NCBI GenBank assembly: GCA_946500615.1
Contig: CAMMWP010000004.1
Coordinates: 4,585-68,584, forward strand
Direction of reading: 5' to 3'
Source of the DNA: an uncultured Clostridium sp.
GTDB taxonomy: Bacteria; Bacillota; Clostridia; TANB77; CAG-508
DNA length: 64,000 bases
Shown: one piece after another, positions 25,031 to 34,204 of the stretch
How the letters are laid out: each line of letters starts with the position of its first letter
How positions within the stretch are numbered: position 1 is the stretch's first letter
Translations under genes and position numbers: made by a program
Notes under the pieces: generated by a model
What the model was told of the DNA's origin: nothing
Database searches by the model: none
What the model saw: only the letters and a program-made list of their open reading frames with translations

Positions 25031-25190
25031 CTTGAATAGGAAAAATCGAGTTTTTCCTATTCAAGAACATCGCTTCGCTCTAACAATTGCACACAAATTT
25101 TACTTACGTAAAATTTGGCGCCGAACAATAACGCGGGCTTTAAAATGTTATAGATAGAGAAAATGTTTAAGAAAGCCCGCTATTGTTCTT
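25031..25190 (+). repeat. Family-B intergenic repeat (compact copy)
   Basis: Hairpin 1 is CTTGAATAGGAAAAATCGAGTTTTTCCTATTCAAG, followed by GAACATCGCTTCGCT. Hairpin 2 is CAAATTTTACTTACGTAAAATTTG. Hairpin 3 is AACAATAACGCGGGCTTT..AAAGCCCGCTATTGTT. About 80% of positions match the 60271 copy by eye. Confidence 0.8.
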
Positions 25191-25203
25191 TATCAGACAA
25201 ACG

Positions 25204-25956
25204 CTAATAATCAAACATATCTTCCATAGTAAAGATGCCAGTATTTTGTTTAACAATAAATTCAGCAGCTCTTAAAGCCCCCTCAGCAAAAACATTTCTA
25301 GAATAACTAGTATGCTTAATTTCGAAAGTTTCAAAATTACCAATAAATTGAACACTATGTTCTCCAACAATGTTTCCACCTCTAATAGAAGACATGCCAA
25401 TTTCATGCTTATCTCTTTTTTCATGTTTATCATGTCTGTTATACTCACAATGAAGTGTATCTCCCAAAGATGCATTAATACTATCTGCTAACATTTGAGC
25501 AGTACCACTTGGGCTATCGACTTTTCTATTATGATGTGCTTCTATAATTTCAATATCTGTATTTTTCAAAAGTGGTGCAAGCCAAGAAACCATTTTTTTC
25601 ATAATCATAATATCAAAAGACATATTAGCAGATTTAAAAATAGGAATCATTTTACTTGCTTCTTCTATAATTTTATTTTCTTCCTCTGAAAATCCAGTTG
25701 TTGCAATAACCATTGGTACTTTATTTATTTTTGCATAATTTAAAATAGATAAAGTTGCAACAGGGAGAGAAAAATCAATAATTACATCAGGTCTTACAGA
25801 AATTTTTTCCACATCTGTAAAAATAGGAAATTGAGAATCAGAATAACTAACTTTATCGAATCCACCAATTACTTGCATATTTTCACTTTCGTTTACCAAT
25901 TCGCAAACGACATTTCCCATTTTTCCATTACAACCATTTACAAATACATTTAACAT
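25204..25956 (-). CDS. dapB: 4-hydroxy-tetrahydrodipicolinate reductase
   Basis: NGCNGKMG N-terminus and IEAHHNRKVDSPSGTA signature, 250 aa. Confidence 0.93.
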   Translation of the reverse strand: MLNVFVNGCNGKMGNVVCELVNESENMQVIGGFDKVSYSDSQFPIFTDVEKISVRPDVIIDFSLPVATLSILNYAKINKVPMVIATTGFSEEENKIIEEASKMIPIFKSANMSFDIMIMKKMVSWLAPLLKNTDIEIIEAHHNRKVDSPSGTAQMLADSINASLGDTLHCEYNRHDKHEKRDKHEIGMSSIRGGNIVGEHSVQFIGNFETFEIKHTSYSRNVFAEGALRAAEFIVKQNTGIFTMEDMFDY

Positions 25957-26041
25957 TTAATACCTCCATAATTTACAAAATTTATCATCCATAACTTGTT
26001 ATCTAATTTGTCCAATTTTTAATTATAAAAAACGCTTTGTT

Positions 26042-26160
26042 CTTGTATAGGAAAACTCGAGTTTTCCTATACAAGAACATCGCTTCCTATAACAAGCTAG
26101 TAGTAGCATGCAAATAGTTTACTCTTTACATAAGTCTACATGCTATGCTTGCTATGCAAA
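26042..26160 (+). repeat. Family-B intergenic repeat (divergent tail)
   Basis: CTTGTATAGGAAAACTCGAGTTTTCCTATACAAG followed by AACATCGCTTCC, then a TAGCATG..CATGCTA hairpin. It lies between dapB and dapA. Confidence 0.7.
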
Positions 26161-26165
26161 GTTAT

Positions 26166-27044
26166 CTAATTTAGCTTATTTAATTCTTCAATTAATATTT
26201 GTTCTTTATCACTACTCATTTTAGTAAGTGGCAGTCTAGGAATTCCAAAATCAAAACCAATATAATTTAAAGCAGACTTAACTGGGATAGGGTTAACCTC
26301 TGAAAACAAAGCTTGTATCAAAGGCAAAGCATCTAATTGCATTTTAGTAGCTTTTTTAATATTTCCATCAAAAAAGTTTTGAACCATATCATGTGTATAT
26401 TGTGGTTTTACATTTGATAAAACAGATATGACACCAAGCCCACCCAAAGATAAAACGGGTAATATCTGATCATCATTTCCCGAATAAATATGTAAATGAT
26501 CTCCACATAAATGTGCAATTTCTGCTACTTGAGATAAATTACCACTTGCTTCTTTGATGGCAACAATATTATCAATTTTAGATAATTCTAAGCAAGTTTC
26601 TGGTAAAATATTAACACCTGTTCTACTTGGTACACTATATAAAATGATTGGCAAAGAAACATTTTTAGCAATGACTTTATAATGTTCGATTAATCCTTTT
26701 TGTGTACATTTATTATAATAAGGCGTAACAATTAGAAGTCCATCAACGCCCAAAGCTTCTGCTTTTTTAGAATTTTCAATAACTTTCATAGTATTATTGC
26801 CACCTGTACCTGCAATAATCGGTACTCTTCCATTTGCTGTTTTGACAGCACAAGAAATTGTAGCATCTTTTTCTTCTTCTGTCATAGTAGAAGATTCTCC
26901 GGTAGTTCCACACACAATAATAGCATCTACGCCATTTTGAATTTGAAAATTAACAAGTCTTTCAAATTCTTTAAGATTGACACCGTTTTCATTAAAAGGT
27001 GTACTGATAGCTGTTCCACAGCCTTTGAATAGAATTTTTTTCAT
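26166..27044 (-). CDS. dapA: 4-hydroxy-tetrahydrodipicolinate synthase
   Basis: GTTGESSTMTEEEK, YNKCTQ and AIKEASGN (Schiff-base Lys) motifs, 292 aa. Confidence 0.95.
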   Translation of the reverse strand: MKKILFKGCGTAISTPFNENGVNLKEFERLVNFQIQNGVDAIIVCGTTGESSTMTEEEKDATISCAVKTANGRVPIIAGTGGNNTMKVIENSKKAEALGVDGLLIVTPYYNKCTQKGLIEHYKVIAKNVSLPIILYSVPSRTGVNILPETCLELSKIDNIVAIKEASGNLSQVAEIAHLCGDHLHIYSGNDDQILPVLSLGGLGVISVLSNVKPQYTHDMVQNFFDGNIKKATKMQLDALPLIQALFSEVNPIPVKSALNYIGFDFGIPRLPLTKMSSDKEQILIEELNKLN

Positions 27045-27201
27045 AAAATCACCTAATTCTTATATAATAATAGATAAGAAATATATTTATATTTTTTATA
27101 CATTGCCATTATATTATAAAAATGGGAAAAAGAGAATAGAAAACATAAAAATTCTAATATTTAAATCGTAACAGTACCCGAAAACAGGAACCTTTATGAC
27201 T

Positions 27202-27290
27202 TATATATTAGAATTTCTTAAACGGCAATTGGAGGGTAGCTGAGAACTTTAAAAATATACTATTACACGTATCCTCAGATGAAAAGACAG
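27202..27290 (+). repeat. Family-C intergenic repeat
   Basis: TATATATTAGAATTTCTTAAACGG...TTTAAAAATATACTATTACACGTATCCTCAGAT. It is collinear with the copies at 29634, 38934 and 43682. Confidence 0.7.
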
Positions 27291-27318
27291 ATATCTATAA
27301 GTTGTTATACAGCATTCA

Positions 27319-27861
27319 TTAAAATCGTATAATCAGTAAACTTAAAAATACATAAGCATAACGAAAAGCCTTTTTCATAAACATTTTAGACTTTAAAACT
27401 TTTAAAGTCTCAGAAGTAGCGCAATACTTATCAACAAAAGTTAAAATAAGACCTTCTATAGAAGTAGGAAATTTCATGGTCACTGGCCACATGTGAGTCA
27501 TAATCATATCTTTTTCTTTTTGAGTTAAATCAAACAATTTGCTAGCATTTTCGCAAGCAAGTTTACCATGTGTAAAAGCATGAAATCCTTTTCTATCTGG
27601 TTGTCTAATTCTCCAATCATATAGAAATAAATCATGTAACATACCAGCTCTTGTGGCAGATACATAATTTAACTTATATTTTTTACAAATTAGATAACAA
27701 TAATAAGAAACCATATAACAATGGTCAAAGCAAGTTGTTTCATAATGTTGCCTATAATTTTTCATTTCTTGTACAGTTTCATTATTTATGATATCGTTAA
27801 TGATAGTTAAAAATTCTTGATTACTGATAGGGGTATCAAAATCATTTACAATTTTTTTCAT
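27319..27861 (-). CDS. HD-domain phosphohydrolase
   Basis: FDHCYMV..., AGMLHDLFLYDW (HD motif). The second ATG (27861) is better spaced from AAGAGG than the ORF-track start at 27867. Confidence 0.75.
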   Translation of the reverse strand: MKKIVNDFDTPISNQEFLTIINDIINNETVQEMKNYRQHYETTCFDHCYMVSYYCYLICKKYKLNYVSATRAGMLHDLFLYDWRIRQPDRKGFHAFTHGKLACENASKLFDLTQKEKDMIMTHMWPVTMKFPTSIEGLILTFVDKYCATSETLKVLKSKMFMKKAFRYAYVFLSLLIIRF

Positions 27862-28006
27862 ATACATTACCTCTTAATATCTTATGTTCTGGTAACATGA
27901 AGCGTTATTTAAAAGTCAAAATGATTTCGTCACGCCACTTACATGATTCCATAATTTTATTGTAGCATAAAAAACCAAAATAGTAAATGAAATTTTTCTT
28001 AAGATA

Positions 28007-28035
28007 TTGAACACTAAAGTAAATTATATTATAAT
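28007..28035 (+). promoter_or_regulatory. Sigma-A-type promoter candidate
   Basis: TTGAAC (28007-28012), a 17-nt spacer, then TATAAT (28030-28035), upstream of the 28093 gene. Confidence 0.55.
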
Positions 28036-28092
28036 ACTTGTAATTTAATATGAGATAAATCAATATACAAAGAGGAAGGAACGAGGTTAAAA

Positions 28093-29634
28093 ATGAATCC
28101 ATTATTATTGGGAATAGGGTCAATGTTTATATGTTTAGTAGTATTGTTAATTGTCATGATATTTATCTATATAAAACATAATAAACATGGTGGAAACAAT
28201 GGAAGCGAAGGTACTGCTTCAAATCGAAATGCTTTAAATAGTAATTTAAGTATTGGGGAAGACGAAAAACATGATGAATTTATAAAATCTATACAAGTTG
28301 TTAATGACGAAAGAACAATTTTGGGAACAGTTATAATAAACGGAATTCGTCAAGAAGTTTCTATGGAAAAAGAAGGAGACGGATATATATATTACTTAGA
28401 AAATGAAATCATTGGAGGATATGATCCAGATGTCATGGGAGATAATTTAATTGTTTTTAGAGAAAACACTTTAGAAAATGAACTTTCTGAACAAATAAAA
28501 GATGCGATCGAACAAGTAATTGATGATAATAAGGAAAAAATAGAAAAACAACAAGAACAAGAAAAAAGTAAAGAAAAAATTAGAAGTAAAAATGTTTATG
28601 AGCAAGAACTAGGATATCAAAAGACAATAGGACAAGAAAATAACAAGAAAAGGCAAATTGACATACAAGACATACAAAAAAGAAAACAGGAAAATCTAAA
28701 ACAGCAACGAGAAACAGAAAAACAGCTAAAATCGAAACAAGAGAAAGTAGAAAACAAAGTAAATGATATTAATATAAAACAAGAAGTTGATATGGATACA
28801 AAGGCAACAGATATGGATACAATTGGAAAAAGATTAGAAGAAGCAGGAAAAATAAAAGGAGAAGAAAAAGAAGGTAAATTAGCTTTTGTCGAATCAGATG
28901 ATTTAAAAGACTTAAAAAACGAAAAGGGAGAAAGTTTACAAGGACATTCATCAAGATATGAAGCCGTTTTAGTGGATAAAAAAGGAAGAGTGAGAGATTT
29001 AAACCTAGAAAATGATACACAAGAAGGAACCAATCCAATGGAACATAATTATCAAGTAAAGCAGAATAAAAATGAAAATGTGGAAAAAGGCGATGTATTA
29101 ACAAGGTTAAAAATACAAGGAAAAGAAACTATTGGGATAGAAAATGGTCAATATGGAGAAATAGAAGTGTATCACTCTCATGATAAAACAATTGGTGGAG
29201 AAGGCGTAGAAGGAAATAAAAGCTTAGATAGGCAATTAGAAACAAAAAATTCAAAAAATGCAATAGAAGGACCAGATCAAGCAAGTCAAAAATTAGCACA
29301 AAAATACCAAGATGGATATCGTTCCGTAGAGGAGGCTTATCAAGAAGCAGAACAACACGAAGATATAGCTGGAGAGCCATGTGATGAATTGGAAGTAGAA
29401 GATATTGATGGAGATCCTAATACGGTATCTCATAACCATACAGATGAAATTATTGCGCGATTAATGCAAAATGGAGAAATTAGCGATAAATTTACGGAAA
29501 GAGAAATTAGGCAAAGGGTTGAGAGAGAATGGAACCAAAAAGAAGAAGATATGAGCAAAGAGGAATTTGAAAAAAATATAGAGCAAGATATTGAATTAGA
29601 TGCTGGAAATATGCGTGGCGAAAGAGGATTTTAA
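28093..29634 (+). CDS. Membrane-anchored, highly charged (Lys/Glu/Gln-rich) hypothetical protein
   Basis: 513 aa, one N-terminal TM helix, and a long low-complexity charged middle (EKQQEQEKSKEK..KQQRETEKQLKSKQEK). I recognise no family. Confidence 0.6.
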   Translation: MNPLLLGIGSMFICLVVLLIVMIFIYIKHNKHGGNNGSEGTASNRNALNSNLSIGEDEKHDEFIKSIQVVNDERTILGTVIINGIRQEVSMEKEGDGYIYYLENEIIGGYDPDVMGDNLIVFRENTLENELSEQIKDAIEQVIDDNKEKIEKQQEQEKSKEKIRSKNVYEQELGYQKTIGQENNKKRQIDIQDIQKRKQENLKQQRETEKQLKSKQEKVENKVNDINIKQEVDMDTKATDMDTIGKRLEEAGKIKGEEKEGKLAFVESDDLKDLKNEKGESLQGHSSRYEAVLVDKKGRVRDLNLENDTQEGTNPMEHNYQVKQNKNENVEKGDVLTRLKIQGKETIGIENGQYGEIEVYHSHDKTIGGEGVEGNKSLDRQLETKNSKNAIEGPDQASQKLAQKYQDGYRSVEEAYQEAEQHEDIAGEPCDELEVEDIDGDPNTVSHNHTDEIIARLMQNGEISDKFTEREIRQRVEREWNQKEEDMSKEEFEKNIEQDIELDAGNMRGERGF

Positions 29635-29715
29635 ATTTTTAAAACGAATCCAGCCACATTCGAACTCTTAAAAATATACTATATAGTTGTCTCTCAGATT
29701 AAAAAGACTGAAACA
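29634..29715 (+). repeat. Family-C intergenic repeat (5'-shortened, abuts the stop codon)
   Basis: AAAACGAATCCAGCCACATTCGAACTCTTAAAAATATACTATATAGTTGTCTCTCAGAT. It starts at the TAA of the 28093 gene. Confidence 0.7.
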
Positions 29716-29759
29716 GCAACCAAAAAATATTAAAAAAATATGAAATTTTGTTAAAAAAG

Positions 29760-29788
29760 TTGCAATATTTTGCCATTAATAGTATAAT
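29760..29788 (+). promoter_or_regulatory. Sigma-A-type promoter candidate for the glycosyltransferase cluster
   Basis: TTGCAA (29760-29765), a 17-nt spacer, then TATAAT (29783-29788). Confidence 0.6.
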
Positions 29789-29842
29789 GTAAAAGGTAGT
29801 ATAATAATATATAGAAAGTATTATTAAAAGAGAGGTAAAAAA

Positions 29843-31105
29843 ATGGATTATTTATATATACTAAGAGAAGCTTTAGTATGGACAATAACAATATTTTGGT
29901 TATACCAAGTTGTCATTAGTTTATGTTCTTTAATAAAATTAAAAGACAAACCATTAAAAGTAAACAAAGAACACAAATTTATGGCAATTATACCAGCACA
30001 CAACGAAGAAGCAGTTGTTGGAAATTTAATAGAAAGTTTAAAAAACCAAACATATAACAAAGATTTATATGATATTTATGTAATAGCAGACAATTGTACA
30101 GACAATACAGCCCAAATTGCAAAAGAAGCAGGAGCCATTGTATATGAAAGATTTGACGAAACGAAAAAAACAAAAGGATATGCTTTAAACTGGTTTTTAC
30201 AACAAAAAATTAAAGAAAATGCTCCATATGATGCGTTCTTTGTATTTGATGCAGATAATATTGTTGATAAAAATTTCATAAAAAACATGAATAAAAAACT
30301 ATGTCAAGGAGAAGATGTTGTACAAGGATATAGAGACATAAAAAATCCAGCTGATAATTGGATAACCGCAGGATATGCAATCTTTTATTGGCAAATGCAT
30401 AGATTTTATCATTTAGCTAGATATAATATAGGATTATCACCATTATTAAATGGTACAGGATTTATGGTAAAATTTGATGTTATCAAACCACAAGGTTGGG
30501 ATACTGAAACATTAACAGAAGATATAGAATTTTCACTAAAAAGAATTATAAAAGGGAAAAAACTAGGTTGGGCAACAGATGCAATTGTATATGATGAACA
30601 ACCAACAGGTTTCAAACAAAGTTGGTCACAAAGAAGCAGATGGACAGTTGGTCATATCCAATGTATAAAGAAATATACAAAGGATTTAGCCATTGCTGCA
30701 AAAGAAAATAAAAAAATGATAAACATTGACGGATTATTATATATTGTAGGAAGTATTCCCATGTTTATTATCACAATCACATTATTATTAACAAACTTTA
30801 TTATGTATAATTCAGCATCTATTACAACAGCAGAATTAATTAAAAATGTATTATTCTATTTAGTGCCAACATTTATATTACCAATATTGGTAGGAATATT
30901 TGCTATGTGGCTAGATGGAAGAAAAATAAAACCAATGGCAAAAGGATTAGTTTGTTATCCACTATTTTTACTAACATGGATATTTATCAACTTTAAATGT
31001 TTATTTATCAGAAACACATCATGGGAAAAGATTAACCATGTAAGAAGTATAAAAATATCAGATGTTTCTAATAGCAAAACACAGACAGAAAAAGAATTAA
31101 TTTAA
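29843..31105 (+). CDS. Processive family-2 glycosyltransferase (membrane-embedded beta-glycan synthase type)
   Basis: 420 aa with an N-terminal TM helix, IIPAHNEE, IADNCTDNT and FDADN motifs, and QRSRW (aa 263-267, nt 30629-30643). C-terminal TM helices follow. Confidence 0.85.
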   Translation: MDYLYILREALVWTITIFWLYQVVISLCSLIKLKDKPLKVNKEHKFMAIIPAHNEEAVVGNLIESLKNQTYNKDLYDIYVIADNCTDNTAQIAKEAGAIVYERFDETKKTKGYALNWFLQQKIKENAPYDAFFVFDADNIVDKNFIKNMNKKLCQGEDVVQGYRDIKNPADNWITAGYAIFYWQMHRFYHLARYNIGLSPLLNGTGFMVKFDVIKPQGWDTETLTEDIEFSLKRIIKGKKLGWATDAIVYDEQPTGFKQSWSQRSRWTVGHIQCIKKYTKDLAIAAKENKKMINIDGLLYIVGSIPMFIITITLLLTNFIMYNSASITTAELIKNVLFYLVPTFILPILVGIFAMWLDGRKIKPMAKGLVCYPLFLLTWIFINFKCLFIRNTSWEKINHVRSIKISDVSNSKTQTEKELI

Positions 31106-31228
31106 TAGTTAAGTATAAATATAAGTGGACGTTTACATGTTATTAAAATGACAATAAAAATGTTCCACTTATTATTTATATATTAGGAAGTCCGCACAGA
31201 ACAAATTAAAATAATATAGGAGAAAAAA

Positions 31229-32749
31229 ATGGAAAAATTAAAAAATATCAACAAAAAATATATACATATGGGAATCATTATATTGGGAATTATATTTATA
31301 ATATTATCAGCTTTTCATGAAAATATATGGTTTGATGAAAGTTATTCTGTAGCCATTGCGAAACACAATTTTAGTGAAATATGGACAATTACAGGAAATG
31401 ATGTTCATCCACCTTTATATTATTGGATGTTACATATTGTATGGATGATTTTTGGAAACAATGTGATAGCATTTAGATTATTTTCTGTTCTAGCAATTGC
31501 CATACTAGGAATTTTAGGGTATACACATATTCGAAAAGACTTTGGAGAAAAAGTAGGGATGTTATTTTCTTTCTTAATATACTTTTTACCAGTTATGTGT
31601 ACATATAGCCAAGAAGTTAGAATGTATTCATGGTCTTGCTTAATTGTCTCACTGCTAGCCATTTATGGATATCGATTATATAAAAATATAAAAGACAAAA
31701 AAGAATTAAAATTACAAAATAAAAATCTGATTATATTTGGAATTTTTAGTATAATGGCATGTTATATACATTATTATGCACTAGCAGTAGCAGGAATTGT
31801 TAATTTCTTCTTATTGATATATTTGATTAAAAATAGAAAAGATCATACAAAGATATTAAGAAATTTCATTATATTAGCAGTTATACAAGTGATATTGTAT
31901 ATTCCGTGGTTATTATATCTAAAAGGTCAAGTAGCACATGTAGGTGGTGGCTTCTGGATATCTTTTGGAATTAGTACATTTGTTGAAATACCAAGTTTTC
32001 AGTTTAGAAGACAACTAGATACCAATTTTGTATTTGATGCCAATACAATCATTGCACTAGTAGTAGCATTAGCTATGTATATATACATGGGATATAGGAT
32101 GTATAAAGCCAAAAAAGAAAAAGAAGAAATGAGACCGGGAGTATTTGCTTGGTTATTATATATTTTTGTTATCCTAGCAGTTATTATCATATCTCTAGTA
32201 ATGAAACAATCTATCCTATTTGCAAGATATTTATTAGTCATTACAGGTTTGTATGCATTTGGATTAGCATTTTTTATGGCAAAAGAAAAAAGAAAATGGG
32301 TTACCATTGCGATTTGTACAATTATTCTGATTCTAGGATGTATCAGTAATGTGACAAACATATTCATCAATTATGATGATAGTAATATGAAACAAATTGC
32401 CTATTTAAAAGAAAACATTCAACCAGAAGATATAATTGTGTATTCAAACATAGGTAACGGTGGTGTCATAGCAGCCTTTTTCCCTAACAATAAACAATAT
32501 TTCTATAATGGTGGATATTGGGATGTAGAAGAAGCATACAAAGCCTATGGACCGGGAATGGAAACCATATATCATTATGAAGATATCGTAAAAGATTATC
32601 ATGGAAGAATTTGGCTAATAGATTCAGAAAATTGTGGATTATATAATGAATTTCCAAAAGAAGGAACACGAACAATTGTAGAACCACAAGAGTTCAGAAC
32701 AAAATATCAAAATTATATTTATACAATTGTTTTATTAGAAAAAGACTAA
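31229..32749 (+). CDS. Polytopic GT39/GT83-like glycosyltransferase (PMT_2/ArnT-like)
   Basis: 506 aa with more than 10 TM helices. The first loop has FDESYS...DVHPPLYYWMLH, typical of lipid-linked-sugar-dependent transferases. Confidence 0.75.
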   Translation: MEKLKNINKKYIHMGIIILGIIFIILSAFHENIWFDESYSVAIAKHNFSEIWTITGNDVHPPLYYWMLHIVWMIFGNNVIAFRLFSVLAIAILGILGYTHIRKDFGEKVGMLFSFLIYFLPVMCTYSQEVRMYSWSCLIVSLLAIYGYRLYKNIKDKKELKLQNKNLIIFGIFSIMACYIHYYALAVAGIVNFFLLIYLIKNRKDHTKILRNFIILAVIQVILYIPWLLYLKGQVAHVGGGFWISFGISTFVEIPSFQFRRQLDTNFVFDANTIIALVVALAMYIYMGYRMYKAKKEKEEMRPGVFAWLLYIFVILAVIIISLVMKQSILFARYLLVITGLYAFGLAFFMAKEKRKWVTIAICTIILILGCISNVTNIFINYDDSNMKQIAYLKENIQPEDIIVYSNIGNGGVIAAFFPNNKQYFYNGGYWDVEEAYKAYGPGMETIYHYEDIVKDYHGRIWLIDSENCGLYNEFPKEGTRTIVEPQEFRTKYQNYIYTIVLLEKD

Positions 32750-32768
32750 AATAGAAGGAAAAATAAAG

Positions 32769-34121
32769 ATGAGAAGAAAAGGGAATATAAAAGTCTTTAT
32801 CATGAATATAGCAACCCTTATCATTTTAGGGCTTGCTATATATTTCGCATATCAATTTTATCAAAGTAACAATTTTAATGATTTTATACGAAGTGAAGCA
32901 AACATCAATGCTTCAGAATTTAAAAGGGACGACAAGGAAACATATTCTAACACAAGAAGTTATAAAATAACTTCAAATGAATTTAATGACGCTATGTTTT
33001 CAAAAGAAGTGAAAGTAGAAAAAAATACACCTTATAAAGTAACATGTATGATAAAAACAAAAGATGTAGAGTCGCAAAAGAATGTATCAAGCGTAGGTGC
33101 ACAAATTGCTATATCTGACTCAGTAGAAAGATCAGTAGCAATTTGTGGAGACAACGACTGGCAAGAAGTAGAATTTATATTTAATTCTAAAAATAGAGAG
33201 ACAGTAGATATTGCTTTTCGATTAGGAGGCACAGGAGGATATGCAAAAGGAGAAGCATGGTTTTCCGACTTTAAAATTGAACAAGGAAAAGCAGAAGAAG
33301 ACAGCAATTGGAATTTTGCTTGCTTCATATTTGAAAACACAAATGTCAATATAAATCATAAAGAAATTGATATACAAGTAACGCAAAATGATATAGAAGA
33401 TATCAAAAATACCATTACCAGATTTGAAGATTCATGTGCGCAATTATCAGAAGGAAAAATGATGGCAAAATGTGATATATATGAAGTACAAGCACCAATT
33501 ACCTCTTTATCTTATGATGAAGAATTTGGGTATTATGTTGCACCAGAAGATATAGAAAATCAAATAAAAGACGTCATTAACCAACATAATTATGACCATA
33601 TATTTGCTGTGGTAAGATTGGGAAATGAAGAATATGAAAATGATATAGAAATAAAAGACTGGATTGGATTAGGTTCAATGGATTATTATGGTATAGGATT
33701 TTCCAATATACGACTACCAAACAGTTCAAAAAGTTACGTATATAAGTATGATAGAAGAGTAAATCAATTTCCAGAAGAAGTATTTTTGCATGAATTTTTA
33801 CATTCACTAGAAAGAACGGCAAAAGAATATGGATATAACATTCCAGAATTGCACGATTACAAAGAATATGGATATGAAAACGAATATTTAGTTGGACAAA
33901 AAGAATGGTATAAAGATTATATGAATCAAGAAATATATACCTCAAATGGAAAAATAGGATTGCCAGACAATATATACATGTTAAAACCAGCTAAGAAATC
34001 TAATTTTGACTATGCCTTTGAGCTTACAGTATATCAAGAGCCACAAAATATCATTGAAGAAATTAGAGGAATTTTTAACAATCTGTTTAGAAACATAAAA
34101 CTTATATTGGGAAAGGCGTAG
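32769..34121 (+). CDS. Membrane-anchored protein with a CBM-like beta-sandwich and a C-terminal HExxH-containing domain
   Basis: 450 aa, N-terminal TM helix. A CBM4/9-like segment is present (TPYKVTCMIKT..GAQIAISD..WQEVEFIFNS..AWFSDFKIEQ). HEFLH lies at aa 341-345 (nt 33789-33803). Confidence 0.6.
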   Translation: MRRKGNIKVFIMNIATLIILGLAIYFAYQFYQSNNFNDFIRSEANINASEFKRDDKETYSNTRSYKITSNEFNDAMFSKEVKVEKNTPYKVTCMIKTKDVESQKNVSSVGAQIAISDSVERSVAICGDNDWQEVEFIFNSKNRETVDIAFRLGGTGGYAKGEAWFSDFKIEQGKAEEDSNWNFACFIFENTNVNINHKEIDIQVTQNDIEDIKNTITRFEDSCAQLSEGKMMAKCDIYEVQAPITSLSYDEEFGYYVAPEDIENQIKDVINQHNYDHIFAVVRLGNEEYENDIEIKDWIGLGSMDYYGIGFSNIRLPNSSKSYVYKYDRRVNQFPEEVFLHEFLHSLERTAKEYGYNIPELHDYKEYGYENEYLVGQKEWYKDYMNQEIYTSNGKIGLPDNIYMLKPAKKSNFDYAFELTVYQEPQNIIEEIRGIFNNLFRNIKLILGKA

Positions 34122-34183
34122 GTAGTGTCCAATTAGATGTCCAATTAGGTGTCCAATTAGGGACGTTTCTGTTTGGACATTTA
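34122..34183 (+). repeat. Family-A repeat (tandem TGTCCAATTAG 12-mers plus a GGACGTTTCTGTTTGGACA hairpin)
   Basis: Three tandem 12-mers, then TGTCCAA-N16-TTGGACA followed by TTT. It starts immediately after the TAG stop at 34119-34121. Confidence 0.8.
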
Positions 34184-34204
34184 ACACAAATATAGGGAGG
34201 AATT

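Noticed and set aside
27045-27318. I looked for a lysine riboswitch (L-box) upstream of dapA.
   Set aside because: I could not find the conserved L-box core helices or motifs. The spacer is mostly AT-rich sequence plus a family-C repeat.
34126-34161. Tandem 12-bp repeats considered as a possible CRISPR-like array.
   Set aside because: The units are 12 bp and directly abutting, with no spacers and only 2-3 copies. No cas genes are in the window.
33981-34187. A - strand ORF encoding ..GHLIGHLIGH.. and the similar ORF at 42931..43251.
   Set aside because: The periodic peptide is simply the translation of the tandem TGTCCAATTAG 12-mers of repeat family A. There is no RBS, and the ORFs overlap real gene ends.
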